Assembly: GCF_002019605.1 (NCBI RefSeq)
Contig: NZ_KV917368.1
Coordinates: 2,735,517 to 2,759,516, forward strand
DNA: 24,000 nt
Reading direction: 5' to 3'
Source: Alkalihalobacterium alkalinitrilicum
GTDB lineage: Bacteria > Bacillota > Bacilli > Bacillales > Bacillaceae_F
The notes under the pieces are model-generated. The model was not told where the DNA came from, made no database searches, and was given only the letters and a program-made list of their open reading frames with translations. The position numbers and the translations under genes are program-made. Positions 9,046 to 17,174 of the stretch are shown here, piece by piece; the stretch's first letter is position 1, and each line of letters starts with the position of its first letter.

Positions 9046-9948
9046 TCAACTATTTTTTAATACTGTCGCCTTACCTGTATTTTGAATATACAAGTAAAGT
9101 AAAATTCCTAGTGGTGTTGCAAGAAATGTCGTCATTTTACAAGGTGACTCTAATAGAAATTTGTAGTTTTTAACCATGAGATTACTTGAAACATAGTGTA
9201 TGGATTCTCTGACTCTATCCTTAAAAGTTGGTGCATATTTCATTGCAACCTTTCTAAAAAAAGAAAAACCGCGGGGGTTTTTCTTATATTGCTTAATTAT
9301 ATTCATACTAGAACCATCATTTAGGTATTCCACGTGACATAATACTTCATTCATTATAAGTAACGGGAATTCTTGATCAATTAAAATATACTTATAACTT
9401 AATGGACAGTATTTTTCACCTGGGAATAACGGATACGGTGGTGTTTTTCTTGTAAGTTCCGTGCGATAAACGAGCTTTTTATCACCTTTCACTTTGTGCT
9501 TTCCGTATAAGTCAGAAAGTGGTGCACTCTTCAAGCGCTCTGGTAGTTTTGTTCCTATGATTTCACCATCTTGAGTAGCATCGAGTCCTACAATGCCCGC
9601 ATAATCCTTACTGCCATATTGCCTCCAAAACGTTAAAATCTTTTCAACTGCATCATCCGCCATATAATCGTCTGAATCAATGCACACATTAAGTTCCGTT
9701 TCAATTAATTCATACGCTGTATTATGAGCACCATGCATTCCTTGGTTTTCTTGATAGTGATAATGAATGGGAATAGCTCCTTCTAACATCCAACTTTCGA
9801 CGAGTTCCCTTGTATTATCAGTTGACCCATCATCGATTATTAACCATACGAAATCTTTACAAGTTTGTCTCTTCAAACTCTCATAACACAAGTGAAGACA
9901 ATAGGCTCGATTAAATGAAGGTGTAAACACCGTTAATGTTGCATTCAT
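9046..9948 (-). CDS. Glycosyltransferase family 2
   Basis: LTVFTPSFNRAYCLHLCYESLKRQ...LIIDDGSTDNT...IDSDD (DxD). GGAGG RBS 9 nt upstream of the ATG. Confidence 0.8.
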   Translation of the reverse strand: MNATLTVFTPSFNRAYCLHLCYESLKRQTCKDFVWLIIDDGSTDNTRELVESWMLEGAIPIHYHYQENQGMHGAHNTAYELIETELNVCIDSDDYMADDAVEKILTFWRQYGSKDYAGIVGLDATQDGEIIGTKLPERLKSAPLSDLYGKHKVKGDKKLVYRTELTRKTPPYPLFPGEKYCPLSYKYILIDQEFPLLIMNEVLCHVEYLNDGSSMNIIKQYKKNPRGFSFFRKVAMKYAPTFKDRVRESIHYVSSNLMVKNYKFLLESPCKMTTFLATPLGILLYLYIQNTGKATVLKNS

Positions 9949-9966
9949 TACTAAAAACCTCCATAT

Positions 9967-11097
9967 TTATGCTTGCTTCTTTTCAATGACACGACCTGTA
10001 TAGTAACCTGTAAGCCAATCAGCCATTGTTCCAGTATCATAACCACATTTTCGTAATAACTCGGATGTATCTTTATGCTCATAAGTTAATGATAAGATTT
10101 TGTTTGCCCATTGTTGTGGAGGTTCCTCTAATGGTAGAAATTCAACTCTGCCAGTAAGATCTGCTTCATTTGTAATCGTATTAGAGACAACACAATTTAA
10201 CCCAGCTGCCTGCGCTTCAACGAGGACTACTGGTAAACCTTCAAAAAGAGACGGAAATAAAAATAGATCAAATCCTTGCATTAAATTTGCAATATCTTCT
10301 CTAACACCTAAAAAGTGAACATGGGAATACAGCTTTAAATCATTGACTTTCTTTTCAATTTGCTGTCGTAAATGTCCATCTCCAACTAAAACGAGTACTG
10401 AGTCGGGCTGTTTATCTTGGACAGCTTTAAAAATATCAATTAAATATTCATGATTTTTTTGTTTATTAAATCTACCAATATGACCGATAACGAGTTTATT
10501 TTCTGCGTTTAGCTCTTCTCTCACTTTTTTACGTATGTTCTCGTTAAACTGAAACTCTTCAACATTCACCGCATTGTTTAACACTTTAACTTGCTGAGAT
10601 TTTGTAATCTTTTTACCAAACAACCACTCACCTGCTTGTTTTGAGCAAGCAAAATAGTGATTAGCATTATCTTTCATTGCTAATCTTGCATAAACTCTAA
10701 ACGGAAGTTTTAAGTCAAGTCCTAGGTCACTTAAGTGACTATGTGCAATTCGACATGGAACACCTGCTTTTTTGGCAGCGCGAAGGACAAAACTACTATT
10801 CTCGTTAATATGAGAATGAACGACTTGATATTCAGGATGGGCTCCAAAAAATTGATCAAGTTGTTTGAAGTACAAGTTATAATTCCCAGGTCGAATCTTC
10901 GGCATTCTGAAAACTTTACCACCAAGTGCCACTATTTCATCATCATAATGCCCTTTTTCCGTTCGATGGACTATAAAATCAAACTGTATTTTAGAGCGGT
11001 CGATCTTTCGGTAATAGTTCATTAACATCGTTTCAAGTCCGCCACGATTCATGATCGTTACGACTTGGAGGATACGTATCGGTTTCAGCGTAAACAC
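9967..11097 (-). CDS. epsF: Glycosyltransferase family 4, EpsF-like
   Basis: ILQVVTIMNRGGLETMLMNYYRKIDRSKIQFDF and FPSLFEGLPVVLVEAQAAGL match recalled B. subtilis EpsF. The start is a GTG at 11097 with GGAG directly abutting it (poor spacing), so the exact start is uncertain. Confidence 0.75.
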   Translation of the reverse strand: MFTLKPIRILQVVTIMNRGGLETMLMNYYRKIDRSKIQFDFIVHRTEKGHYDDEIVALGGKVFRMPKIRPGNYNLYFKQLDQFFGAHPEYQVVHSHINENSSFVLRAAKKAGVPCRIAHSHLSDLGLDLKLPFRVYARLAMKDNANHYFACSKQAGEWLFGKKITKSQQVKVLNNAVNVEEFQFNENIRKKVREELNAENKLVIGHIGRFNKQKNHEYLIDIFKAVQDKQPDSVLVLVGDGHLRQQIEKKVNDLKLYSHVHFLGVREDIANLMQGFDLFLFPSLFEGLPVVLVEAQAAGLNCVVSNTITNEADLTGRVEFLPLEEPPQQWANKILSLTYEHKDTSELLRKCGYDTGTMADWLTGYYTGRVIEKKQA

Positions 11098-11099
11098 TC

Positions 11100-12167
11100 C
11101 TATCTGATAATCTTTCGAAGTACTTCAATGCTTGATAACATTAAGTAAAAACCTAGAGCAAACCTTTGCTTTGCACAAAAATAAAACGCCCTCCACACTA
11201 TGGGGAATTGCCCCAACTCAAACTCTTTAAAGGAACGTTTAATTCGGTGATCATGTAGTATTTGGTTAAGTCTGTTGATTTTTGTAACAGGTGATCTTTT
11301 ATTAGCTTTACTTACCTCGTTTAAGCCAAGGCCTAACGTATTCATACTTATCCGATTATTTAGTGCTTGATAGAAGTCGTCACCCAAATCTTTTTCTTTT
11401 ATCAATTTTTCTATTATTTGATATAAATTTGACCAGTTGTCGATCAGCTTTGGTTTATACCCAGTTGTCACAGATGTTGAATTGACACGCCAATAATGAT
11501 AAAAAGGTTTATTGATAAAAGAAAATGTTTTCGTATAATAAAAAGCTTCGATATTAAATAATGAATCTTCGTTTGTCCCAATCACGCTTAAATCCGTAAA
11601 CGTGATGCCGTTATCTTTAATGATGTCGGCTCTATATAACTTAGACCAAACAGTTCCCCAAGCATCTAATAATTCTGGATTAGCTACTTCTTCTTTTAAT
11701 GGACCAACTAACCTTCTCATCACCTTTTCTTGAACATCATTTGCTTTATAAGTAATCTTTTCAGGCAAATTAAATTGTTTTTCCTTGGAGTGGCTGCCAA
11801 ACTCCCGCATATACGAACACATGACGATGTCGGCTCCATCTACTATTGCGGTTTCGTACATTTCTTCATACATTTCTTGATCCACCCAATCATCTGGATC
11901 AACGAAACCAATGAACTCGCCAGTTGCATTTGCTAGTCCTGCATTACGGGCTGACGAAACGCCACCATTTTCTTTGTCTATCACTTTAATCCGCTGATCC
12001 TTCGCAGCATACTCATGAAGAATGTCTAAGCTATTATCAGTAGACCCATCATTAACAGCAATAACCTCAATATCTAATAGCGTTTGGGATATTAAACTAT
12101 CAATAGATCTACTTAAATAATCTTCTACATTATATATGGGCATGATGATACTGACTTTTGGTTTCAT
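11100..12167 (-). CDS. Glycosyltransferase family 2
   Basis: VSIIMPIYNVEDYLSRSIDSLISQ...VNDGSTDNS...GFVDPDD. GGAGGAAG RBS. The ATG lies 38 nt inside the upstream epsD-like ORF. Confidence 0.85.
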   Translation of the reverse strand: MKPKVSIIMPIYNVEDYLSRSIDSLISQTLLDIEVIAVNDGSTDNSLDILHEYAAKDQRIKVIDKENGGVSSARNAGLANATGEFIGFVDPDDWVDQEMYEEMYETAIVDGADIVMCSYMREFGSHSKEKQFNLPEKITYKANDVQEKVMRRLVGPLKEEVANPELLDAWGTVWSKLYRADIIKDNGITFTDLSVIGTNEDSLFNIEAFYYTKTFSFINKPFYHYWRVNSTSVTTGYKPKLIDNWSNLYQIIEKLIKEKDLGDDFYQALNNRISMNTLGLGLNEVSKANKRSPVTKINRLNQILHDHRIKRSFKEFELGQFPIVWRAFYFCAKQRFALGFYLMLSSIEVLRKIIR

Positions 12168-13296
12168 TTTCTTCCTCCAGCATATAGCGTGTGTAGATGG
12201 TGCTTAGTTCTTGACTGATTTGTGAGAGGGAATAGGTGTTCATTAGGTTTATACTCGCTGCTCCCATTTGGCTTCGTAAGTCGGTATTTTGATAAATTCT
12301 TAGCAAGCCTCTCGCAAACTGCCCGTAGTCATGAGGAGATACGAGATAACCGTTCACTTGATCCTGAACGAGCTCGACATGGCCACGATTTTTACTTGCG
12401 ACAATCGGTAGTCCGCAGGCCATCGCTTCCATAATGTTGACGGGAAGCCCTTCTCTAAAGCTTGATCCGACAGCAATGTCACACATGGGAAGGATTTGGT
12501 CGATATCTTTTCGAAAGCCGAGAAAAACGACCATATGTTCAATTCCTAGTTGTTTGACGAGCTGCTTACAGCTTTCTTGAAGAGCGCCTTCGCCAGCGAG
12601 TAACAGCTTCGCGTTTGGCATATAGTCTTGAACTAAAGCAAGTGAGCGGATTAGCAATTGTTGGTTTTTATTTTTGTTAAATTCAGCTGCATAAAAGATG
12701 AAAAAGTCATCTGGATGATAGCCAAATGACTTTTTGCGTTCGCTTTTTTCAGTTTCAGTGATTGGTTTAAAGCGCTCTGTATCAACCCCCACTCCGTGAA
12801 CATGGTCGACTTCAATTGCTTTAAACTTGTGATGATTGGCTAATTGATAATCTTCTGCGTTGATCGTGATCAGACAATCGGTATACTTTGCCAACTGCTT
12901 TTCAATCGGATAATAGATGAGCCAATTTAAAGTGGGCGCTCCTTTACAAAAGTGAAAGCCATGTGCTGTATAAAGGACTTTTGTTCCAGATTTTCTAGCT
13001 TTTCGTGCGGCTAGCCTAGCAAGAACGCCTCCTAGCGGTGTATGACAATGGATGATGTCATAATCGTTTTCTTTAATAATTGCTTTTATTTGTTGATACG
13101 CCTTCACATTTTTCAACTTAAAAGGAGAGCGTTGAATTGGGATCCTAAACTTTTGATCCGTATACGGTAAATCAATTTCACCTTTAGCTGCGATGTGCAC
13201 TTCCCAGCCTTGCTCCTTAAACCATTTCATAAACGGTAAGTGAAAAGCCTTGAAATGATAGTCAACGGTTGCACAAAACAAAATTTTTTTAGGCAT
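12130..13296 (-). CDS. epsD: Glycosyltransferase family 4, EpsD-like
   Basis: The N-terminus KKILFCATVDYHFKAFHLPFMKWFKEQGWEVH is nearly identical to recalled B. subtilis EpsD. It also has the GT-B C-terminal EGLP motif. Confidence 0.82.
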   Translation of the reverse strand: MPKKILFCATVDYHFKAFHLPFMKWFKEQGWEVHIAAKGEIDLPYTDQKFRIPIQRSPFKLKNVKAYQQIKAIIKENDYDIIHCHTPLGGVLARLAARKARKSGTKVLYTAHGFHFCKGAPTLNWLIYYPIEKQLAKYTDCLITINAEDYQLANHHKFKAIEVDHVHGVGVDTERFKPITETEKSERKKSFGYHPDDFFIFYAAEFNKNKNQQLLIRSLALVQDYMPNAKLLLAGEGALQESCKQLVKQLGIEHMVVFLGFRKDIDQILPMCDIAVGSSFREGLPVNIMEAMACGLPIVASKNRGHVELVQDQVNGYLVSPHDYGQFARGLLRIYQNTDLRSQMGAASINLMNTYSLSQISQELSTIYTRYMLEEENETKSQYHHAHI

Positions 13297-13322
13297 TTAT
13301 ACCACCCATTCAAATCATTAAG

Positions 13323-14201
13323 TTATTTAATGAGTTCTTTTTCCATGACTTTTGATAAATATTCGAGTAAGTCATGCTTTAAATCTTCACGTTGAAGGGC
13401 AAACTCGATCGTTGTTTGAATAAAGCCCATTTTTTCACCAACATCATAACGGGTTCCTTCAAAATCATATGCGTAAACCGCTTCATATTCATTTAAGCCA
13501 CTAATGGCATCCGTTAACTGAATTTCTCCACCAGCTCCCGGCTTTTGTTTACTTAAGATGTCAAAGATTTTTGGACTTAAAATATACCGGCCTAAGATGG
13601 CTAGGTTTGACGGTGCTTCTTCCTGCTTTGGCTTTTCAACAAGATTGCTTACATTATAAAAACGTTCCCCGATGGACGTCGCATCAACAATCCCGTATCT
13701 TGAAACATCTTCATCTGCGACATGTTGAACACCGATAATCGAAGCATTATAACGCTCATATTGTTCCATCATTTGTTGCAAGCATGGCTTTTCGGCTTGA
13801 ACGATATCATCACCTAGTAAGACAGCAAATGGCTCATTACCAATAAATTTGCGAGCGCACCAGATTGCATGGCCTAACCCTTTTGGTTCCTTTTGCCTGA
13901 TATAATGGATGTCTACGAGTTTTGAAGATTTTTGAACTTCATTTAATAGTTCAAACTTGCCTTTTTCTAATAGATTTTGTTCTAATTCAAAAGAGTGGTC
14001 AAAATGATCTTCAATCGCTCGTTTACCCTTACCTGTAACGATAATAATATCTTCAATGCCAGATTCGATCGCTTCTTCAATAATATATTGGATCGTTGGT
14101 TTATCAACGATTGGTAACATCTCTTTTGGCATCGCTTTTGTCGCTGGGAGAAATCTTGTTCCTAACCCTGCAGCTGGAATAATCGCTTTTCTTACTTTCA
14201 T
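13323..14201 (-). CDS. gtaB: UTP-glucose-1-phosphate uridylyltransferase
   Basis: Canonical GalU/GtaB N-terminus [40 protein letters not shown] and VEKP motif. AAGGAG RBS. Confidence 0.93.
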   Translation of the reverse strand: MKVRKAIIPAAGLGTRFLPATKAMPKEMLPIVDKPTIQYIIEEAIESGIEDIIIVTGKGKRAIEDHFDHSFELEQNLLEKGKFELLNEVQKSSKLVDIHYIRQKEPKGLGHAIWCARKFIGNEPFAVLLGDDIVQAEKPCLQQMMEQYERYNASIIGVQHVADEDVSRYGIVDATSIGERFYNVSNLVEKPKQEEAPSNLAILGRYILSPKIFDILSKQKPGAGGEIQLTDAISGLNEYEAVYAYDFEGTRYDVGEKMGFIQTTIEFALQREDLKHDLLEYLSKVMEKELIK

Positions 14202-14216
14202 TTACATGCACTCCTT

Positions 14217-16043
14217 TTAACTTGGGATTGTCAATAGTGGTTTAACGGAAACTTTGTTATTTGCTAAATTCAATAAAGCTTCCCTCAGTGTGTCTTTATC
14301 TAACTTTGAATAATTTTTAATAATCTCTTCAATTTCGGTCATGTAAAGTACTGATGTTTTTCCGATATAAATCATTGGATATACTTGCTCTTCTTGAACT
14401 TCTTCTTCTTTTAAAAGTTCTTCAAATAACTTCTCGCCTGGACGCATGCCACTAAATTCAATTTCGATTTCCTCTAGTGAGTTGCCCGATAATTTGATCA
14501 AGTTTTTCGCCAAGTCTACAATTTTGACAGGTTCGCCCATATCTAACACGAAAATTTCTCCGCCTTTCGCTAATGCTCCAGCTTGGATGACTAGGCGAGA
14601 AGCTTCTGGGATCGTCATAAAATAACGAACCATATCAGGGTGTGTTACCGTGACAGGTCCGCCTTTTTCAATCTGCTTTTTAAATAATGGGATGACGCTT
14701 CCTCGACTTCCTAATACGTTACCGAAACGGACAGCAACGAACTTCGTTTGGCTTTGATTATTCATATCTTGAATAATCATTTCTGCTAATCGTTTCGTAG
14801 CACCCATAACACTCGTTGGATTGACAGCTTTATCGGTTGAGATCATCACAAAGGTATCGACATGGTGTAAACTAGCTGCCATTGCTACATTCCTCGTACC
14901 GATTAAATTATTTTTGACAGCTTCTTCAGGGTTTCTTTCCATTAACGGAACATGTTTATGAGCAGCTGCATGATACACGACATCTGGATGATATGTATTC
15001 ATCACGGTTAGCATTTTATTGGCATCTTGTAAGTCGGCAATCTCAGTAATAAAATCAATATTCGTATGGACAAACGTCTCCTTTAATTCCATCTCAATCG
15101 AGTAAATGCTATTTTCGCCATGACCTAATAACACTAACTGCTTAGGATTAAAGTTTGAGATTTGCCGACACACTTCAGAACCAATTGAGCCTCCCGCACC
15201 TGTTACTAGAACGACCCTGTCAGTGATATATCCAGAAATTTTATCAATGTCGAGTTGGACAGGCTCACGGCCGAGTAAGTCCTCAACTTGGACATCGCGG
15301 AATTGATTAACTGAAACCTTTCCGGTGACAAGATCCTCTAACATCGGCATGATTTGCGCCTTTGCCTTTGTTTTCACACAAGCTTGAAAAATATCATTTA
15401 ACTCTTTTTTACTTAATGAAGGGATGGCGATGATAATATTTTCAATGTTTAACTTATTTACTGTTTCCTCGATTCCACTCGAACCACCAACGACAGGTAT
15501 TCCTAAAATATCTAATTGTTGTTTTTTCATATCATCATCAATAAAAGCAATAGGTAGTAACTCCCCGTCATTACTTTTTAAAAGTTGTCTCGCAACCATC
15601 GTTCCCGCAGAACCAGCACCGATGATGAGCGTTCTTTTTTTATTGTCTTCTTTATTCATATACGTATCACGATACATTCGCCAAACAAAGCGAGAACTTC
15701 CAATGAGTAAGATATGAAGCATCCACGTGATCGCTAACACGCGCAAGAATGTTTCTTGCAGGAAAAATTGCTGAACTAAAAATGCAGTAAGAATTGAAAA
15801 GGTAACGACTTTAAAAATGATTAATAGTTCCCCAATGCTCGCATACTCCCAGGCTTTTTTATACAGCTTTAGTACAATCGCAAAGAAATGATGACTCACT
15901 AATATAACGATTAGACTAGTAATGATCGGTAGTGTAAAAAAATTCAAGTCTGCTTTAACGAGAAAATGGCTGACAAAGATCGCCGTTAAAACAATACATG
16001 AATCAATGAGTATAAATAAGGAAAGCCTTTGCCGATACGTCAT
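14217..16043 (-). CDS. epsC: Membrane-anchored polysaccharide biosynthesis protein, UDP-GlcNAc 4,6-dehydratase type (EpsC/CapD/PglF-like)
   Basis: Four N-terminal TM helices followed by two Rossmann regions (IIGAGSAG; VTGAGGSIGSE). Also has the CapD-like core (YHAAAHKHVPLME, MISTDKAVNPTSVMGATKR). AGGAGGGG RBS. Confidence 0.9.
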   Translation of the reverse strand: MTYRQRLSLFILIDSCIVLTAIFVSHFLVKADLNFFTLPIITSLIVILVSHHFFAIVLKLYKKAWEYASIGELLIIFKVVTFSILTAFLVQQFFLQETFLRVLAITWMLHILLIGSSRFVWRMYRDTYMNKEDNKKRTLIIGAGSAGTMVARQLLKSNDGELLPIAFIDDDMKKQQLDILGIPVVGGSSGIEETVNKLNIENIIIAIPSLSKKELNDIFQACVKTKAKAQIMPMLEDLVTGKVSVNQFRDVQVEDLLGREPVQLDIDKISGYITDRVVLVTGAGGSIGSEVCRQISNFNPKQLVLLGHGENSIYSIEMELKETFVHTNIDFITEIADLQDANKMLTVMNTYHPDVVYHAAAHKHVPLMERNPEEAVKNNLIGTRNVAMAASLHHVDTFVMISTDKAVNPTSVMGATKRLAEMIIQDMNNQSQTKFVAVRFGNVLGSRGSVIPLFKKQIEKGGPVTVTHPDMVRYFMTIPEASRLVIQAGALAKGGEIFVLDMGEPVKIVDLAKNLIKLSGNSLEEIEIEFSGMRPGEKLFEELLKEEEVQEEQVYPMIYIGKTSVLYMTEIEEIIKNYSKLDKDTLREALLNLANNKVSVKPLLTIPS

Positions 16044-16066
16044 CTTGCCCCTCCTTTCTAATCGAT

Positions 16067-16210
16067 TTAATCTAGGGATAACGTCCTTCTTTCAATTGCA
16101 TATTCGACTAGTTTTTTGATCTCATCAAGTTCCTCTTGCGATGCATCTTGCTTTATATAACGAATTGCCTTCTTTATCGACTTAGGCAATCGATCAAAGT
16201 CTTTGGTCAT
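16067..16210 (-). CDS. Hypothetical 47-aa protein immediately upstream of epsC
   Basis: Below the track cut-off. ATG at 16210 with GAGGAG 7 nt upstream; TAA at 16069-16067, only 23 nt before the epsC ATG. Peptide MTKDFDRLPKSIKKAIRYIKQDASQEELDEIKKLVEYAIERRTLSLD. No family recognised. Confidence 0.45.
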   Translation of the reverse strand: MTKDFDRLPKSIKKAIRYIKQDASQEELDEIKKLVEYAIERRTLSLD

Positions 16211-16239
16211 ATCAACACTCCTCACTTTAGTTGGGAATT

Positions 16240-16291
16240 AAAAGTACTTAAGTTTACGGTCTTTCATAAAACCACATACTTAAGTACTTTT
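16240..16291. repeat. Perfect 14-bp inverted repeat (AAAAGTACTTAAGT / ACTTAAGTACTTTT) around a 24-nt loop
   Basis: Arms at 16240-16253 and 16278-16291 are exact reverse complements. Each arm is built from overlapping palindromes (AAGTACTT, ACTTAAGT). On the minus-strand transcript it forms an AU-rich hairpin ending in UUUU, between the structured-RNA candidate and the 47-aa ORF RBS. Confidence 0.8.
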
Positions 16292-16305
16292 ATTTAATAA
16301 AAAAT

Positions 16306-16415
16306 AGGGCATCTAACCCCTCCTCACACCATACTATCGACGACTTGCGTCTAAGGTTTGTCAACCCACAGCATGACCGAGTACCTCCGTTGATAATGGT
16401 AAGGAGGTATCACCA
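16306..16415 (-). ncRNA. Candidate EAR (eps-associated RNA / epsC motif) processive-antitermination element
   Basis: It lies in the epsB-epsC intergenic gap, where EAR sits in Bacillales eps operons, and is locally GC-rich compared with its AT-rich flanks. On the minus-strand RNA there is a hairpin GAUACCUCC (16411-16403) / GGAGGUACUC (16388-16379). Its 14-nt loop segment ACCAUUAUC can pair with the downstream GAUAGUAUGGU (16338-16328), giving 9 bp with a 2-nt bulge, i.e. a pseudoknot. Small hairpins GGUUGACAAACC and GACGCAAGUCGUC are also present. I did not compare it with the Rfam model. Confidence 0.4.
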
Positions 16416-16436
16416 AATTTGATTTTTATAACGCAC

Positions 16437-16458
16437 ATTATAATTCTCAATAAAGAAC
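16437..16458 (-). promoter_or_regulatory. Sin-type operator variant abutting a TATAAT hexamer, 20 nt downstream of the epsB stop
   Basis: Plus strand ATTCTCAATAAAGAAC (16443-16458) differs at one base from the reverse complement of the box at 20585-20600. On the minus strand it is followed directly by TATAAT (16442-16437). The -35 is poor (CTTAAC). Confidence 0.3.
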
Positions 16459-16478
16459 GTTAAGGTAAAAAAATATAG

Positions 16479-17174
16479 TTATGATTTTTCGTTTATAATC
16501 GCTCCGATCAGCTCGGCTTTGGCAAATTTTAAAACTTTCTTGGCCTCAACCGCTTTTTCGATCTTACTTTTACCATGTCTTAAAACTAGAACGACCGTCT
16601 TACATTGATTGGCTAAAAGCTTTGTATCTGATACTTCTAATAAAGGTGGTGAATCTATTAATATAACATCGTAGGATTGGGAAGCCGTTTCTAGTAAGCG
16701 AGAAAATGCGTTCGACCCTAATAACTCTGCTGGATTATCGGGGAGCGGTCCACTCGTTAACACCTCTAATTTCCCTATATTCGTTTCTTTCACCGCTTCT
16801 TCAAACCAGTTTTGATTCGTTAATACCGATGATAAACCTAGTGAATTATCGAGTTTAAAAATCGAATGAATTCTTGGGCTTCTTAAATCAGCATCAATGA
16901 TGAGAACTTTTTCTTTTTGTTGTGCGATGGAAACCGCTAGATTGGCAACTGTTGTTGATTTTCCCTCTTGTAAAGATGGAGACGTCATCAAGATAGTCTT
17001 ACTCGGCTTTTCATTTGCTGAAAATTGGATATTGGTTCGAATCGTTCGAAATTCTTCTGTAATAATCGACTCTGGGTTGGAAAATGTGATTAAATTTCGT
17101 TTTTGATTTTTATTAGTTATAACACTTTTAAGTCTTTTTAAGATCAACAATCTCACCTCGGTATTCTGTTTCAC
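16479..17174 (-). CDS. epsB: BY-kinase-type P-loop ATPase (EpsB/YwqD/CapB-like), without a C-terminal tyrosine cluster
   Basis: EEFRTIRTNIQF, Walker A (SPSLQEGKST), Walker A' (VLIIDADLR) and Walker B (DVILIDSPP). The track start at 17174 is a GTG. A TTG at 17147 has better spacing from GAGGTGA. The protein ends ...LIGAIINEKS. Confidence 0.82.
   Translation of the reverse strand: MKQNTEVRLLILKRLKSVITNKNQKRNLITFSNPESIITEEFRTIRTNIQFSANEKPSKTILMTSPSLQEGKSTTVANLAVSIAQQKEKVLIIDADLRSPRIHSIFKLDNSLGLSSVLTNQNWFEEAVKETNIGKLEVLTSGPLPDNPAELLGSNAFSRLLETASQSYDVILIDSPPLLEVSDTKLLANQCKTVVLVLRHGKSKIEKAVEAKKVLKFAKAELIGAIINEKS

Noticed and set aside
12130-12167. The 38-nt overlap between the epsD-like ORF and the following GT2, plus the ATGA/GTGA 4-nt overlaps at 5795-5798 and 4635-4638.
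   Set aside because: These are ordinary translational coupling in polysaccharide operons. There is no slippery heptamer or other sign of programmed frameshifting.
13334-13340. Isolated GTTCTTT heptamers inside coding sequence (for example at the 3' end of gtaB, and GTTCTCC at 17833-17839 in the epsA RBS/5' region).
   Set aside because: Single half-sites are expected by chance in AT-rich DNA. Only 16-bp inverted arrangements in intergenic or promoter contexts were counted.
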